Assembly: GCA_030704615.1 (NCBI GenBank)
Contig: CM060734.1
Location: forward strand, 52,576,001 to 52,640,000
Source of the DNA: Takakia lepidozioides
Lineage: Eukaryota > Plantae > Bryophyta
Direction: 5' to 3'
DNA length: 64,000 nucleotides
The position numbers and the translations under genes were made by a program. This document shows positions 62,658 through 64,000 of this stretch, piece by piece. Numbering within the stretch: the first letter of the stretch is position 1; each line of letters opens with the position of its first letter. The notes beneath the pieces were generated by a model. The model searched no databases. It was not told the origin of the DNA and saw only the letters and a list, made by a program, of their open reading frames with translations.

Positions 62658-64000
62658 CTACCCACGCCCGCACTGCTGCCGTCTCCGCCCCCGAGGAATC
62701 GTGCACTCTGATATTTTGAGCCTAAGTATAGAAATGCTCTGCGGTTTTTCCTTCACGAATTTGGTAACGGCCGCAACCGAGAATATCTGTGAGCGATTCT
62801 CGAGCGATTCTGGAGGTGCGCCCGACGACTTGCGGCGGTTACCCAAATACGTAATTAGGTTTCGATAAGTTCTAGCAAATCCTGCAGTTGCTTGGGCGGA
62901 AGCTGCTGCCTTTGCCACCGACATAATTAAAAATACAAGTAAGTCCAGGAACAACATTGCATAGTGATCTTCAGTCTGCTTTCAGAAGTGCTTTTCATAA
63001 TGAATAAGCCCCCCAAGTTTGGGTGGCCCTGTTCATTCTAGAGTGGTCCAGGAATTAGAGGGGAGGGGGGGTATACAATAAGGCATATGTAGAGGGATTT
63101 CAAGAAATGAAGGGTTCCACAGTCGACACCGAACGAGCCATTCAGAGCTCAACTCGACAGTCTTCTTGAAAATATGGTACCTTTGATTTAAATATCTAAG
63201 GGATCATGGAGGGGTCGAAACAAATTGGAGTCCAGAAGAAAAAATCTGAGAAATTATTGGGTTGGCACATGCTTGATGATTGAATGTCACATCCACCCTT
63301 ATTTTTACTATGCTTTTGGTTTCATATGCTATGGCAGCTCAAGTGTCCACATCAATTCATGGACTGAGGCCACATGTCTAAGGCATCGGGACTTAAAAAG
63401 TGGGCCCATCGAAAACTGGGGCCAATACATAAATTCAAAGATTAATATCGAGTGAAATTGACAACTATAAAGGGGTGACAGCGGCGTCACTGTGACTTGT
63501 CATGGAAAGGCTTCCGACCCTGTCACGTCGTGACCTTGTTTTGTGTTGTTACCACTACTCCTCCGATCAGCTCCAATATGCGGTCGCTAAAGCCAGTGAG
63601 GATGCCATACACACACCCCACAATTTGATGTTTAATTCAGAAAGCTGGGTGCAGATTTATTAAAAGCAACTTCAGTACCCACTCACAACTACCAAGTATG
63701 CACGCAATTGGAAAGACTTTTAATACACAGAACAAAGGGTACTTGGAATACCCAGCAGCATGTATATTAAATGCAACAAGGATCACTGATCCTTACAAGG
63801 TCCTTAGGCAAGGACGTGCACTCTTCTACAGCTTGGAGAGACACATGCACACTCAGTCCGCTTATGAAGCTCAGCTAGCCACAGGACAAGAGAGAGTGAC
63901 CAGACTACATCACCAGCCTTAGTGCTACAGGAACTGGGCAGGAGCCTCGCTCTCATGATGGGTTCCTGTAGCCGCCCTGATTCAAACTGAGCTTGGCTGT

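Noticed and set aside
63000-64000. Possible TE or coding remnant at the window end
   Set aside because: No terminal structure or domain could be supported within the window.

Overview
Transposon-dense nuclear DNA of a land plant, probably seed-free and moss-like. That is an inference from near-identical PLS-PPR triplets, copia elements with half-tRNA primer sites and non-L1 LINEs. Apparently intact host genes: three intronless S-protein-homolog (SPH, self-incompatibility S1 family) genes at 16639-17106(+), 55680-56150(-) and 62024-62497(-), and an 11-exon ankyrin-repeat/integrin-linked-type kinase (37230-43370, -) ending in a CaaX motif. The first 12 kb is the most unusual part. It holds a decayed gene in which OSB-type 'PDF' ssDNA-binding motifs lie directly upstream of a PLS-PPR-E-DYW array. 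A 4.7-kb non-autonomous CACTA element (TIRs plus AGA TSD) splits it, and the element's cargo is an inverted copy of the same PDF/PPR family plus two SKIP31-like F-box exons. The whole block may sit inside a second, larger CACTA. The rest comprises five Ty1/copia elements (one nested, one splitting a second PPR-DYW pseudogene, one flanked by a ~725-bp direct duplication), a (CATTT)n-tailed LINE family, tRNA-derived SINE-like copies and a probable RLE-type (Dualen-like) retroelement 3' end. No rRNA, functional tRNA or CRISPR array was seen. All family assignments come from motif recognition by eye, not from database searches.
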